From Gemmatimonadota bacterium (lineage in GTDB: Bacteria > Gemmatimonadota > Gemmatimonadetes > Palauibacterales > KS3-K002), in contig JBFJOD010000002.1 in the NCBI GenBank assembly GCA_041617795.1, forward strand, positions 1,189-65,188: a DNA stretch of 64,000 nt. The letters run 5' to 3'. The notes beneath the pieces were generated by a model. It made no database searches, was not told the DNA's origin, and saw nothing but the letters and a program-made list of their open reading frames with translations. The number at the start of each line of letters is the position of its first letter. Position 1 is the stretch's first letter. Below are positions 16,605 through 26,090 of this stretch, piece by piece. A program made the position numbers and the translations under genes.

Positions 16605-17929
16605 TTCTAGCGATCGTCGCTCTCTTACAGGTTGCGGTTCCGACTCCCGTGCCTGGTCACAGCCAGGTGACGACCGCCACGTTACCCGTGCTCGAAGATA
16701 CTCTACCGCAAGTGACCCTGAGACAGGCGCTGCGCGCGGCTGCGCAACTCGACCCGAGCTATGTGGCGGCACTCGCTCAAGTCGAGGACGCCGAGTGGGT
16801 TCGGAGATCAGCATACGCGGTCTTCGTGCTTCCCTCGGTCACCGCACAGACGTCGTTGACGAAGTCTAATCAGGAGTTCTTCAACCTCGGTACGGGAGGT
16901 TTGACATCACAGATCGTCGACGCGCGGATAGAGGCGCGCTATGACCTGTTTCGCGGTGGCTCGAAAATCTTCGAGCTTGTCAGAGCTCGTGCCGAACTGG
17001 AGGGCTCGCGCGCCAATGAAGTGCAAGCACGGTTCAGCTCGGCGCTGCTGACGGAGTCGGATTTCTATGATGTGCTGGCTCAGAAGGAGTTGTTGCGTGT
17101 GTCAGCCGAGCGCGTCCGCCGTGCCGAAGAGCAATTGGCGGTCGCGCGAGCCAGAGTGGTCTCCGGTGCTGCCGTGAGAACCGATTCGCTGCAACTCCTG
17201 CTTGAGCTGACTCGCGCCAGTGTGGAATTGCTGAGGCAGCGCGCCAGCCTGCGAGTGGCACAGGTGCAATTGGGCAGACGCGTCGGCAGGCCGGGCCCGG
17301 TGGACGCCGTGCCGGTCGATACCTCACCGATGCTCGAGCTGCCGATCAGCGAAGACAGCGCGGTGGCGGAGGCGCTGGCTGCTGGCCCGGCTTACAAGAC
17401 GGCAAAAGCGGATGAGCGGGCGGCGGATGCCGCGGTTAAGGCGGCGCGCGGCGTCTACCTGCCACAGGTCAGTCTCTTCGCCTCACGGCAGGGCTTTGAC
17501 GAACGCTTTTTCCCTGACGCCACCTCCCGCACCGTCTGGGGTTTCCAGGTCAATCTGCCGATCTGGAACGGCGGGCAGCGTGAAGTCGAGCTTACCCGAG
17601 CCCGCACCACGCGCGATGTTGCGCGAGCCGTCCGGCGTGACACCGAATTGGCGGTGCGACGCGACGCGATCGCAGCCTATGAGGCGTATAACACGGCGCG
17701 GGCGAGCGTTGAGCTGGCCACACAAGCGGTCATAGTCGCACGCGAGAACTTGGATGTGCAGGCGACGCGCTACCGAGCCGGTGCAACGACGATCCTGGAC
17801 CTGTTGGCGGCCCAAGTGTCTTTATCCGAGGCTGAAGCTGATCTCGTGCAGGCGCGCTACGCGAACCGACTTGCTATGGCGGGACTCGAGGCCATCATCG
17901 GTCGACGTTTGTACGACAATAAGGATTGA
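16601..17929 (+). CDS. TolC family outer membrane efflux protein
   Basis: 442 aa with an ATGA overlap onto the RND gene. Two repeats of long coiled-coil-rich OMF sequence (e.g. ARYRAGATTILDLLAAQVSLSEAEADLVQARY) are typical of outer membrane factor proteins. Confidence 0.85.
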   Translation: MILAIVALLQVAVPTPVPGHSQVTTATLPVLEDTLPQVTLRQALRAAAQLDPSYVAALAQVEDAEWVRRSAYAVFVLPSVTAQTSLTKSNQEFFNLGTGGLTSQIVDARIEARYDLFRGGSKIFELVRARAELEGSRANEVQARFSSALLTESDFYDVLAQKELLRVSAERVRRAEEQLAVARARVVSGAAVRTDSLQLLLELTRASVELLRQRASLRVAQVQLGRRVGRPGPVDAVPVDTSPMLELPISEDSAVAEALAAGPAYKTAKADERAADAAVKAARGVYLPQVSLFASRQGFDERFFPDATSRTVWGFQVNLPIWNGGQREVELTRARTTRDVARAVRRDTELAVRRDAIAAYEAYNTARASVELATQAVIVARENLDVQATRYRAGATTILDLLAAQVSLSEAEADLVQARYANRLAMAGLEAIIGRRLYDNKD

Positions 17930-18987
17930 TGCGAATGAGAAACATATATGCGTTGGTTCTGACCGCGATTGCGGCGGCGGCCTGCTCAAGCGCCGAATCG
18001 AACAACTCAGAAGGTGCGTCTGGCCAAGGCGGCGCGCCGCCGGGCTTACCGGTCGAAGTCGCCGTCGCACGCCAGGACACGGTCGTAGATGCGATCGTAG
18101 CCACTGGCCAGATCGAGGCCCTTCAGTCCATCGATCTCCGTCCGGAGGTCGACGGGCGGCTGGTCCGGATACTCGTGAGAGAAGGCGCCGAGGTCAGTCA
18201 GGGAACGCCACTCTTCAAAGTCGATGACGCAGAGCTGCAGGCTCAAGTCGCCCGCCTCGAAGCCGAGCGGGACCTGAGCGAACAGGCCCTGAAACGTACC
18301 CGTGAGCTTCTTCAGCAGAAGGCTTCGTCGGAGGCAGACCTCGAACGGGCCGAGGCAGCAGCGCGTAGCACACGTGCGCAGTTGCAGCTGCAGCAGCTGC
18401 GTCTCGACCGTACGTTGGTTCGGGCTCCCTTTTCCGGCCTGGTGGGCGAGCGGTTCGTGAGCCTCGGTGATTACGTCAGCACTTCAACGCGACTGGTTAC
18501 GCTTCAGACTATCGATCCTCAGCGCGCCGTGTTCAGTGTGCCGGAGCGCTACGCCCAGCGACTCCGTCTGGGGCAGGAAGTCAGTTTCAGGGTGGCTGCG
18601 CTCCCAGAGACCCTATTCACCGGCAAGGTAGATTTCGTCGACCCTGTGGTTCAGCTTCCCGCTCGCACCATAACGGTCAAGGCGGAAGTACCTAACCGTG
18701 GACGGGATCTCAAGTCCGGGATGTTCATCGAGGCGCGACTCGCCACCGGTGTGCGTCCCGATGCGACCTTGATTCCCGAGGATGCGATACTCCCGCTACA
18801 GGGTGCGGCGTTTGTCTGGGTGATCGTCGATGGCAAGGCGAGCCGCCGCCAGGTCGACCTCGGGGTGCGTATTCCAGGTTTCGTAGAAGTGCAACAGGGT
18901 ATCGAACCGGGTGATCAGGTCGTCGTCGGTGGCCTCGAGCGTCTCACCGAAGGGATGCCGGTGATGGCAACGTTGGTCGAACGTTAA
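17926..18987 (+). CDS. efflux RND transporter periplasmic adaptor subunit (MFP/HlyD family)
   Basis: 353 aa, overlapping the TolC stop; in-frame ATGs at 17929 and 17935 are alternative starts. Lipoprotein signal ...AIAAAAC. It has an alpha-hairpin region rich in Q/L/A/R and beta-barrel motifs (RAPFSGLVGER). Confidence 0.9.
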   Translation: MMRMRNIYALVLTAIAAAACSSAESNNSEGASGQGGAPPGLPVEVAVARQDTVVDAIVATGQIEALQSIDLRPEVDGRLVRILVREGAEVSQGTPLFKVDDAELQAQVARLEAERDLSEQALKRTRELLQQKASSEADLERAEAAARSTRAQLQLQQLRLDRTLVRAPFSGLVGERFVSLGDYVSTSTRLVTLQTIDPQRAVFSVPERYAQRLRLGQEVSFRVAALPETLFTGKVDFVDPVVQLPARTITVKAEVPNRGRDLKSGMFIEARLATGVRPDATLIPEDAILPLQGAAFVWVIVDGKASRRQVDLGVRIPGFVEVQQGIEPGDQVVVGGLERLTEGMPVMATLVER

Positions 18988-19107
18988 GCCCGCGCCTAAC
19001 CCGGGCTCTCCAGGTGCGCTTTGTGCCGGTGGCTTGACGCCCGGGCACGGCCACCTGACGTTAAAGTACAGATCCAACCTCTTGTGCCCATTCACAGGGG
19101 AAAACCC

Positions 19108-20001
19108 ATGTACGCGATAACCGGGGCTTCCGGGAACACCGGGCGCGCAGTCGCCGAAGCGCTAATTGCAGCGGGCAAAGACGTTCAGGTCATTGGCCGG
19201 AGCGAGAAGCGGCTGCAACCGCTTGTGGATCTAGGGGCTCAGGCGCATGTCTGCACGCTCGACGACGCGCAGGCGATGACCATCGCGTTCTCCGGTGCGG
19301 TCGGTGTCTACTGCATGACTCCCAATCACCTGACTGCAGCAGATTTCCATGCCCACCAACGGCACGTCGGCGAAGCGCTTGCCGCGGCGATCCACAAAGC
19401 TGGTGTAGAGTTCGTCGTCAACTTGAGCAGCATCGGTGCGCAGCATAGATCGGGGACCGGCCCGATCAAGGGCTTGAGCGAGCAGGAAGCACGGCTCGAT
19501 GCGCTGAAGGGGGTCAATGTGATGCACCTTCGGCCAGGCTTCTTCATGGAAAACCTGTTCATGACCATCGACGCGATTCGCAAGATGGGCGTGGTCGGAA
19601 CCCCGGTGCGGGCTGATCTAGCGATGCCGATGATCGCGACGCGTGACATCGGCAACTTTGCGGCCGATCGATTACTGGCTCTCGACTTCTCCGGCAAGAT
19701 CACACGCGAACTGCTTGGACCTAAGGACATCACGTTGGCCCACGCGACCCAAGCCATCGCTACGGCGATCAGCAAGCCAGATCTGAAGTACGTGGAGTTG
19801 ACCTATGACGATTTTCGCAAGGCGATGATTGACAAAAGAGTTAGTCCGGCGGCCGCGGCCGTGTTTAGCGAACTCTATCGCGGCATCAACGAGGGGCTTG
19901 TCGTGCCGACCGAGGAGCGTTCGCCGGACAACACGACGCCCACGACGATCGAGGAGTTCTCCAAGGCGTTCGCCTCGATCTATGGGGCGCAGGGATCGTA
20001 G
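19108..20001 (+). CDS. NmrA-like / NAD(P)H-binding atypical SDR family protein
   Basis: I trimmed the ORF to the ATG at 19108. MYAITGASGNTGRAVAEALIAAGKDVQVIGRS is a Rossmann GxxGxxG N-terminus typical of NmrA/SDR-a5 proteins. Confidence 0.8.
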   Translation: MYAITGASGNTGRAVAEALIAAGKDVQVIGRSEKRLQPLVDLGAQAHVCTLDDAQAMTIAFSGAVGVYCMTPNHLTAADFHAHQRHVGEALAAAIHKAGVEFVVNLSSIGAQHRSGTGPIKGLSEQEARLDALKGVNVMHLRPGFFMENLFMTIDAIRKMGVVGTPVRADLAMPMIATRDIGNFAADRLLALDFSGKITRELLGPKDITLAHATQAIATAISKPDLKYVELTYDDFRKAMIDKRVSPAAAAVFSELYRGINEGLVVPTEERSPDNTTPTTIEEFSKAFASIYGAQGS

Positions 20002-20023
20002 CGAGACCGCTGGCAAAAACGAC

Positions 20024-20056
20024 GCCCTCCGGCGCGGAGCGCCGCCGGAGGGCTTT
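20024..20056. terminator. bidirectional intrinsic terminator between the NmrA-like and sod genes
   Basis: An 11-bp perfect stem GCCCTCCGGCG / CGCCGGAGGGC (20024-20053) is flanked by AAAAA upstream and TTT downstream. It lies between convergent genes. Confidence 0.7.
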
Positions 20057-20089
20057 CTGTAACAAGGCTAGTCTTTCGGCTGCAATCGT

Positions 20090-20704
20090 TTAGCCGCGAG
20101 CCTCAGCGTAGCGCTTGCTCACTGCATTCCAATCGATTGTGCTCCACCACGCCTCGATGTAGTCAGGGCGCCGGTTCTGGTACTTTAGGTAGTAAGCGTG
20201 TTCCCAAACGTCCAATCCGAGAATGGGCGTTCGCCCATCCATCAGTGGGCTGTCCTGATTCGCTGTGCTCTCAACCACCAACTTGCCGTTTGAGCCAACC
20301 GACAACCAGCCCCAGCCGCTTCCGAAACGTGTCGCAGCGGCGTTGCTGAACTGCTCTTTGAATTTGGCGAAGCCGCCGAGTTCGCCGTTTATCGCCTTAG
20401 CCAGATCAGCAGTGGGCTCGCCGCCCCCCTTGGGGCTCATGATGGACCAGAAAAGCGTGTGGTTTGCGTGGCCGCCGCCGTTGTTGCGAACCGCCGTGCG
20501 AATCGCTTCCGGCACCTTGTTGATTTGGCGGAGGAGATCCTGAACGCTCTTGCTCGCCAGGTCGGAATGCTTCTCGAGGGCCGCATTCAGTTTGCTTACG
20601 TACCCTGCGTGATGCTTGCCATGATGGATACGCATGGTCTGCTCATCGATATGCGGTTCAAGAGCATCGTAATCATAGGGCAGTTTCGGGAGTTCGTGAG
20701 CCAT
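20090..20704 (-). CDS. Fe/Mn superoxide dismutase
   Basis: ATG at 20704 has GGAGG 6 nt upstream. [32 protein letters not shown], and [18 protein letters not shown] near the C-terminus, are hallmark Fe/Mn-SOD motifs. Confidence 0.95.
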   Translation of the reverse strand: MAHELPKLPYDYDALEPHIDEQTMRIHHGKHHAGYVSKLNAALEKHSDLASKSVQDLLRQINKVPEAIRTAVRNNGGGHANHTLFWSIMSPKGGGEPTADLAKAINGELGGFAKFKEQFSNAAATRFGSGWGWLSVGSNGKLVVESTANQDSPLMDGRTPILGLDVWEHAYYLKYQNRRPDYIEAWWSTIDWNAVSKRYAEARG

Positions 20705-20916
20705 AGTACCTCCTTGAGGTCGGGGCATGGTTCCCAGTGTCAGGTGAACTCCTATTCTAAAGTGGAACTGCCGCCGGCCGCAATCAGCGGCGGCGATGAA
20801 AGTCTCGCTGGCGACTTGGGGCGGTGCCGGAAAACTTGCAGAGGGTCGAGCAGTTCGGTATACGTTCGGGAAGTCTGCGGACTCCCCCTAAAACCACTCA
20901 AATGTGAGCGAAATGC

Positions 20917-21285
20917 ATGTTCTTGGGACTCAGAACGGTTGCCTATCAAGTGGCGGACCTGGCGGCGGCGAAGGGGTGGTACAGCGAAGCGCTAGGGTTC
21001 GACCCGTATTTTGATGAGCCATACTATGTCGGCTTCAACGTCGGCGGATTCGAGCTTGGCCTCGTCCCGTACGAAGACGGTCAACCGAGCGGCGCTGGCT
21101 CGACGACCGTCTACTGGGGGGTCGAGGATGTACGATCCGCAATGTCGAGGTTACTCGAGCTCGGCGCGAGCGTGCATGGCGACATTCAGGATGTGGGGGA
21201 AGGCATTCTGGTGGCTTCGCTGATCGACCCGTTTGGCAACCTGCTGGGAATCATTCAGAACCCACATTTCAAGCTCGAGCCCTAA
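20917..21285 (+). CDS. VOC (glyoxalase/bleomycin resistance/dioxygenase) family protein
   Basis: 122 aa. The size and the pattern (FLGLRTVAYQVADLAAAKGWYSEALGF ... DPFGNLLGI) fit a single VOC domain. Confidence 0.75.
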   Translation: MFLGLRTVAYQVADLAAAKGWYSEALGFDPYFDEPYYVGFNVGGFELGLVPYEDGQPSGAGSTTVYWGVEDVRSAMSRLLELGASVHGDIQDVGEGILVASLIDPFGNLLGIIQNPHFKLEP

Positions 21286-21317
21286 GCCACCAGGGTGATT
21301 GCGGCTAGGTCGCGGCC

Positions 21318-21983
21318 TCAGGGTGTCCAGGTCCAGAAGCTAGGTCCGATTCGGAGATTATGAAGCCAGGTATCCGGCCAGGAATAGCGGAGCAGCACTG
21401 CCAGCCAGCCGTGCGAGAGCGCCAGAGTGAAAAGGTTCGGCTGGCGGTGGAACAGCCGACACCAGGCGTAGCCGCCCACGAGCGTCACAAGCGCCAGGGT
21501 GAGGTTGGGCCAATGCAGGGAAGCGAAAAGCAGCGCAGCCACCATCGCTGACATTGAGGTGCTGAGCGTCGTGTCGCGCAGGCGTTTGAAGGTAAATGCC
21601 TGCATCGCGTATTGCTGCACCAAACCCCACGCCGGATAGAGTAGTAAAGCACTGGCCACATCAGGGTGCCAGTTGGGGCCGGCGCCTGCCAGTAATCCGA
21701 TTGCGACCACGACGGCCGCAGCGATCACTGTAGCCAGGCCGACCTCACGGGCCGAGGCCCAGATATTGTCAAACCGCAAGCCCAGATCGATCAGACGATC
21801 GCTGTGCAATAAATTCGAGAGGAATGGAATTAGGACGATGACGATCAGGAACGGAGTCCTGAGCAAGTCATTTCGGGTTGGCTGAACGATCCAGACGTAA
21901 ACCAGCGCGAGGCCGACGAAGAAGAGCGGTTCGAGCCAAGGCAATGCTATGAGTGAGTTCTTGAGCTTGGCGACTGTCTTCAT
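21318..21983 (-). CDS. CPBP-family intramembrane protease homologue (degenerate motif 1)
   Basis: I trimmed the ORF to the ATG at 21983. It is multi-pass hydrophobic. LLFASLHWPN (FxxxH motif) and LALSHGWLAV (His motif) fit the CPBP/Abi fold, but the EExxxR position reads QQYAMQ. Confidence 0.65.
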   Translation of the reverse strand: MKTVAKLKNSLIALPWLEPLFFVGLALVYVWIVQPTRNDLLRTPFLIVIVLIPFLSNLLHSDRLIDLGLRFDNIWASAREVGLATVIAAAVVVAIGLLAGAGPNWHPDVASALLLYPAWGLVQQYAMQAFTFKRLRDTTLSTSMSAMVAALLFASLHWPNLTLALVTLVGGYAWCRLFHRQPNLFTLALSHGWLAVLLRYSWPDTWLHNLRIGPSFWTWTP

Positions 21984-22174
21984 TTCCCGACCGAGTGACA
22001 CGGATGACCGGCCTGAGCCGTGCGGCCCAACACGGCCGGAGGAGTACGTCTTCGGGGAGCGGTTCGCAACCACCGGTAACGGGCCCCGGCCGAACAATTG
22101 CCCTAATGTTATGATTACGCTATAGATACGCCTGGAATGTAGCCCGCCTTTCCAATCTTGGAGGATTTCAGGGT

Positions 22175-22705
22175 ATGCAGCGACGGGGCTCCGGAGACAA
22201 CATGGCCACGCCTCCCGGGGAGGACACGCCGAGCCGGCCGCTTCGCTTCCGCACGGAGTCCCAAGTCGGTCGCGACTCGATGGAGCGACGCTGGGCGGGG
22301 ATCTATTCGTATGGCGAGGGCTGGGCGCGTTTCGGTATCGTCGTTGACCTGGCGCTCAACACCCTCACGCTTCAGCGCTCACCCGACGCTGACTACGGAG
22401 CCCTGCTGTCGGAGCTTGCTGGGAAGTCGTCTGGTCGCTCGCCGGCGGCTCAATCACCCGAGTCACGTGTGAGCAAGCTTAGCCTTGATGCGGAACTCGT
22501 CGGCCTGAAGCTGAGCCGTGCGAGCGCCGGGGCGTTCCAGGCCGACCCGGCCGGGGACTGGGTCGTCATTCAGGCGTTCATTCCCGGAGGGACCGACTCA
22601 TTCCTTTTGGGATTGAACGATCGGTTGGCGTCTGGTGAGATCTACATTCCAACCGCCAAGTCGGTCCCGGCGGTGATGCAAGCCCTGATTCGGGTTTTCG
22701 GGTGA
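22175..22705 (+). CDS. hypothetical protein
   Basis: 176-aa ORF with ordinary composition in its C-terminal two thirds. I recognise no motif and the start is uncertain (in-frame ATGs further in). Confidence 0.35.
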   Translation: MQRRGSGDNMATPPGEDTPSRPLRFRTESQVGRDSMERRWAGIYSYGEGWARFGIVVDLALNTLTLQRSPDADYGALLSELAGKSSGRSPAAQSPESRVSKLSLDAELVGLKLSRASAGAFQADPAGDWVVIQAFIPGGTDSFLLGLNDRLASGEIYIPTAKSVPAVMQALIRVFG

Positions 22706-22933
22706 TCAGGGCCGCCAGCGCCCGGAAGGGCTGCCGACTTCCCGTGCGCGTGTGACCACGTCCCGAAAGCTCTGCCCCAATACTGCCGTGGCTTCAGCCA
22801 GCGACGCGAAGCTCGTCGTGTCCTGCATGTAACCGCCCTCTTCCGCGTACGTCGCCATCACGGTCAGGCTGCCGTCTTCGTGAACCTGCCACTTGGCCCA
22901 AAGAAGCTGCCGTCGCTCTTCAGTATCGCCCAT
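22706..22933 (-). CDS. hypothetical small protein
   Basis: I trimmed the ORF to the ATG at 22933 (MGDTEERRQLLWAKWQVHEDGSLTV...). Composition is balanced, and its stop directly abuts the stop of the convergent gene. I recognise no family. Confidence 0.3.
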   Translation of the reverse strand: MGDTEERRQLLWAKWQVHEDGSLTVMATYAEEGGYMQDTTSFASLAEATAVLGQSFRDVVTRAREVGSPSGRWRP

Positions 22934-23167
22934 CGATCCTAATCGGAGTTGTGAAGCGGAGCCGCGATCCTCGCTGATCGGTACCGCCAATGGTGCCGAA
23001 CCTGCCACCGGCCGTCAATCTGGCCGGCCGGTTCGTTTCCGGATAGACGCGGGTCATGATACTTTCGGATGCTAAGGCGGCCTCCGCCCGCATCGAAATG
23101 CTGGTCGCGGTTGCCAATGAATCGCTCAACCCGCCTCGGGAAGTGAGAGGGGACTGGAGGAGTTGTA

Positions 23168-23434
23168 ATGTCGAATCTCAGCGGCGATAAAAAACAGCTG
23201 ATCCACCGCGTCTCTGGAATCGAAGGCCACGTGGGATCGCTCAAGAAGATGATCGAGAGTGACCGGGAGGCGCTGGAGATTCTGATGCAATTGTCGGCGA
23301 TTCGCTCGGCGTTGGAACGCCTTTCTTTCATCGTGTTCGAGGAGTTTGTCGAGCTGTGCCTGGACACGATCGGCGAAGGAGAACAGCAGGAAGCGGTGGC
23401 CGCGATCCGCGGGGCGATGCAGACGCTGCTGTAA
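23168..23434 (+). CDS. CsoR/RcnR/FrmR-family (DUF156) transcriptional repressor, ligand-poor variant
   Basis: 88 aa. KKQLIHRVSGIEGHVGSLKKMIESDREALEILMQLSAIRSALERL follows the family consensus (RL.RIEGQ..G...M.E....C.D.L.Q..A...AL), but the first Cys position is Ala and the His position is Phe. Confidence 0.75.
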   Translation: MSNLSGDKKQLIHRVSGIEGHVGSLKKMIESDREALEILMQLSAIRSALERLSFIVFEEFVELCLDTIGEGEQQEAVAAIRGAMQTLL

Positions 23435-23570
23435 CCGACCCGCCCCCCAGGGGGCCGGGGGTCGGACCTGTCCCCAGACCTGCCACCTGCCTTAATATCC
23501 GCTGGTTCGTTTGCGGCCGACGCGAAGCGCGGCGCGTCGCTACTGCCCACGACATCGCGGAGAATCGCTC

Positions 23571-25085
23571 ATGTTGGAGATCGACGGTCGGAAGCTCACA
23601 TTGGAGGACGTGGAGCGAGTTGCTCGGGGCGAGGAAACAGACATACGGCTGAGCGAGGACGCTGGCGAATCGATCGATGCCTCGCGCCGAGTTGTTGAAC
23701 GCGCCCTCCTGGACAGCGAGCGGATCTACGGCGTTACTACCGGGTTCGGCCGGCTATCGGAAGTGTTGATCCCGGCGCCGCGCCGGCTCGAGGTACAGGT
23801 GAATCTGATTCGCAGTCACTCCAGTGGGTTCGGCACGCCGCTGGGCCGCGAGGTGAGCCGGGCCGTGATCTTGCTAAGGGCAAACTCGCTGGCGCGAGGC
23901 AACTCGGGAGTCCGGCGCGAGATCGTGGAGTTGCTGCTCGCCTTCCTGCAAGCGGGAATCGATCCGCTGATCCCCGAGTTCGGCTCGGTGGGGGCAAGCG
24001 GCGACCTGGCGCCCTTGGCCCAGGTGGCGCGGTGCCTGATGGGTGAGGGTCTGGTTCACGGAGAAGTGGGACCCGAATCGACGGATGCGGCCCTTAAGCG
24101 CGCCGGCCTGCAGCCCGTGCAGGTGCGCGAGAAGGAGGGCTTGGCGCTCATCAACGGCACGCAGGCGACCAGCGGACTTGGCGTGTTGTCGCTGCTCCGT
24201 GCCGAGTCGGCGTTGGAAACTGCGGAGCTGGCCGGTGCGATGTCGCTGGAAGCGTTACGCGGTACGCCGACCCCTTTCGATGAGCGGGTACACGCGGCCC
24301 GGCCTCATCCGGGCCAGCTGACCAGCGCCGCCTGCCTGCGATCGTTGCTGGCAGACAGCGAGATTCGGGAGTCGCACCGCTACGGCGATCCACGCGTCCA
24401 TGATGCTTATTCGTTGCGTTGCATGCCGCAGGTTCACGGAGCGGCGCGCGACGTGTTGGCCTTTGTCCGGCGGGTTCTCGAGATCGAGATCAACAGCTCG
24501 ACGGACAATCCGCTGGTCTTCGCCGACGGTGATATCTTGAGCGCTGGCAACTTCCACGCCCAACTAGTCGCCGAGGCTCTCGATTTCTTGACGATCGCGG
24601 TGACCGATCTGGCATCGATCAGCCAACAGCGAATCGAGCGTCTGCTGAACCCGGACCTCTCAGGACTGCCGCCGTTCCTGGCCAGGGACCCAGGTGTAGA
24701 GTCAGGCTTTATGATCGCGCAGGTCGCCGCCGTCGACGTATTGGCCGAGATGCGAGTCCTGGCGCACCCCGCCAGCGTTGATTCGGTCACGACAAGCGCG
24801 AACAAAGAGGACCATGTCTCCATGGGGATGGCTGCGGCGCGCAAAGCCTGGCGAGCGGTCGCCTGCCTGCAGTACGTGCTGGCGGTGGAACTGATGTGTG
24901 CGGCTCAGGCGCTCGAGTTTCTCAAGCCATTGACGCCGGGTGCCGGCGTCTTCAAGGGCTACGAGCTGGTGCGTCAGCATGTCGCTCCGCTCGAGGGAGA
25001 CCGGGTGCTGACCGACGACATCGAGCAGCTGCGTCACCTGGTCGATGGCGGTACGCCACGCGACCTGGTGCTCCAGTTCCACTAG
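23571..25085 (+). CDS. hutH: histidine ammonia-lyase
   Basis: I trimmed the ORF to the ATG at 23571. GSVGASGDLAPLA contains the Ala-Ser-Gly triad that forms the MIO cofactor. The full-length aromatic ammonia-lyase architecture is about 504 aa. Confidence 0.92.
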   Translation: MLEIDGRKLTLEDVERVARGEETDIRLSEDAGESIDASRRVVERALLDSERIYGVTTGFGRLSEVLIPAPRRLEVQVNLIRSHSSGFGTPLGREVSRAVILLRANSLARGNSGVRREIVELLLAFLQAGIDPLIPEFGSVGASGDLAPLAQVARCLMGEGLVHGEVGPESTDAALKRAGLQPVQVREKEGLALINGTQATSGLGVLSLLRAESALETAELAGAMSLEALRGTPTPFDERVHAARPHPGQLTSAACLRSLLADSEIRESHRYGDPRVHDAYSLRCMPQVHGAARDVLAFVRRVLEIEINSSTDNPLVFADGDILSAGNFHAQLVAEALDFLTIAVTDLASISQQRIERLLNPDLSGLPPFLARDPGVESGFMIAQVAAVDVLAEMRVLAHPASVDSVTTSANKEDHVSMGMAAARKAWRAVACLQYVLAVELMCAAQALEFLKPLTPGAGVFKGYELVRQHVAPLEGDRVLTDDIEQLRHLVDGGTPRDLVLQFH

Positions 25086-25171
25086 CAGACAACACCTCGC
25101 TGGAACGCCGCTGAAACCGAGAGAATCACGACATCGTAGTTGACACTGTATTCAGACCCGAGGTACAGCGA

Positions 25172-25429
25172 ATGAATCTGGTGTCGTGGATCCTTCTCGG
25201 CTTAATCGCGGGCACGCTCGCCCGCGTGCTCCACCCCGGTCGCGACCCGGGTGGCTGTATCACCACAATCCTCTTGGGTATCGGCGGAGCGCTGGTTGGC
25301 GGTTACATCGGAACCATGCTCGGATGGGGGCGGGTCAGCGGTTTCGATCTTCGCTCTCTAGCACTGGCGGTGATCGGCGCGCTGATACTGCTGATCGCCC
25401 GCCGCATGCTCTTCGGCAAATCACGCTAA
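25172..25429 (+). CDS. GlsB/YeaQ/YmgE family stress-response membrane protein
   Basis: 85 aa. WILLGLIAGTLARVLHPGRDPGGCITTILLGIGGALVGGYIG is the typical transglycosylase-associated/YeaQ pattern. Confidence 0.85.
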   Translation: MNLVSWILLGLIAGTLARVLHPGRDPGGCITTILLGIGGALVGGYIGTMLGWGRVSGFDLRSLALAVIGALILLIARRMLFGKSR

Positions 25430-25591
25430 AACTTCAGTTAGTTCCCTTACCAACCTGACATGCCGCGCAGCCGGGAGAAGGGGCATTCTCCTATCGCTCC
25501 ACAGCGAAAACATTTGCGACAATTTGCAAAGGTTGACCGGTCAGATTGTCTGCTGTGGTCGAAAACGCTTGCTGCAACAGGCGCTCTGTTT

Positions 25592-25607
25592 TGGCATGAA
25601 GATGGCA
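25592..25607 (+). promoter_or_regulatory. sigma-54-like -24/-12 element upstream of the minor pilin cluster
   Basis: TGGCAT-GAAGA-TGGCA compared with the consensus TGGCAC-N5-TTGCW. The GG and GC dinucleotides are correctly spaced. It lies about 58 nt upstream of the 25665 start in a locally AT-richer intergenic region. Confidence 0.3.
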
Positions 25608-25664
25608 ACTTGTCCACCACGCAATTCGTCACGAGGGTAACGAGACAGATCGACGAGGGCGGCA

Positions 25665-26090
25665 ATGGGCCTACTAAAATGTAGGAGAGGGTACACGCTG
25701 GTGGATGCGGCCGTGTTGCTAATGCTGATCGGGATCGTGCTGGGCACGACCGCGCCGCTCAGCCAGCGGATGATTGCCAAGTATCAGTTGAATAGCGCCG
25801 CACAGGTTCTCTCTTCAGATCTCGCCGCAGCAAAAATCCGGGCGATCCAGTCGAACGCCGTCGCCAGAGTTCTTCGTGAGTCGATTCGGAATTATCGGGT
25901 GGCTGGCGCTCCTCGTCAGCTTCCGGGCATGGTCGAGTTCGACGTGAGCAGTGCCGATTCGATGTCGTTCAACGGTCTCGGTGCCATTACCGCCGGTACC
26001 AGCCAACGGTTCGTCCTGGTGAATCGCTACGGCGACAGCCGCGAGATCCGCGTCTATGCCGCTGGCGGGCTCGAGGTCAAGCGACTGTGA
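25665..26090 (+). CDS. GspH/FimT-like type IV minor pilin (pseudopilin)
   Basis: 141 aa. The N-terminus RRGYTLVDAAVLLMLIGIVLG resembles a prepilin cleavage/methylation motif (G|YTLVD, Asp at +5), followed by the FimT-like NSAAQVLSSDLAAAKIRAI segment. Confidence 0.65.
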   Translation: MGLLKCRRGYTLVDAAVLLMLIGIVLGTTAPLSQRMIAKYQLNSAAQVLSSDLAAAKIRAIQSNAVARVLRESIRNYRVAGAPRQLPGMVEFDVSSADSMSFNGLGAITAGTSQRFVLVNRYGDSREIRVYAAGGLEVKRL

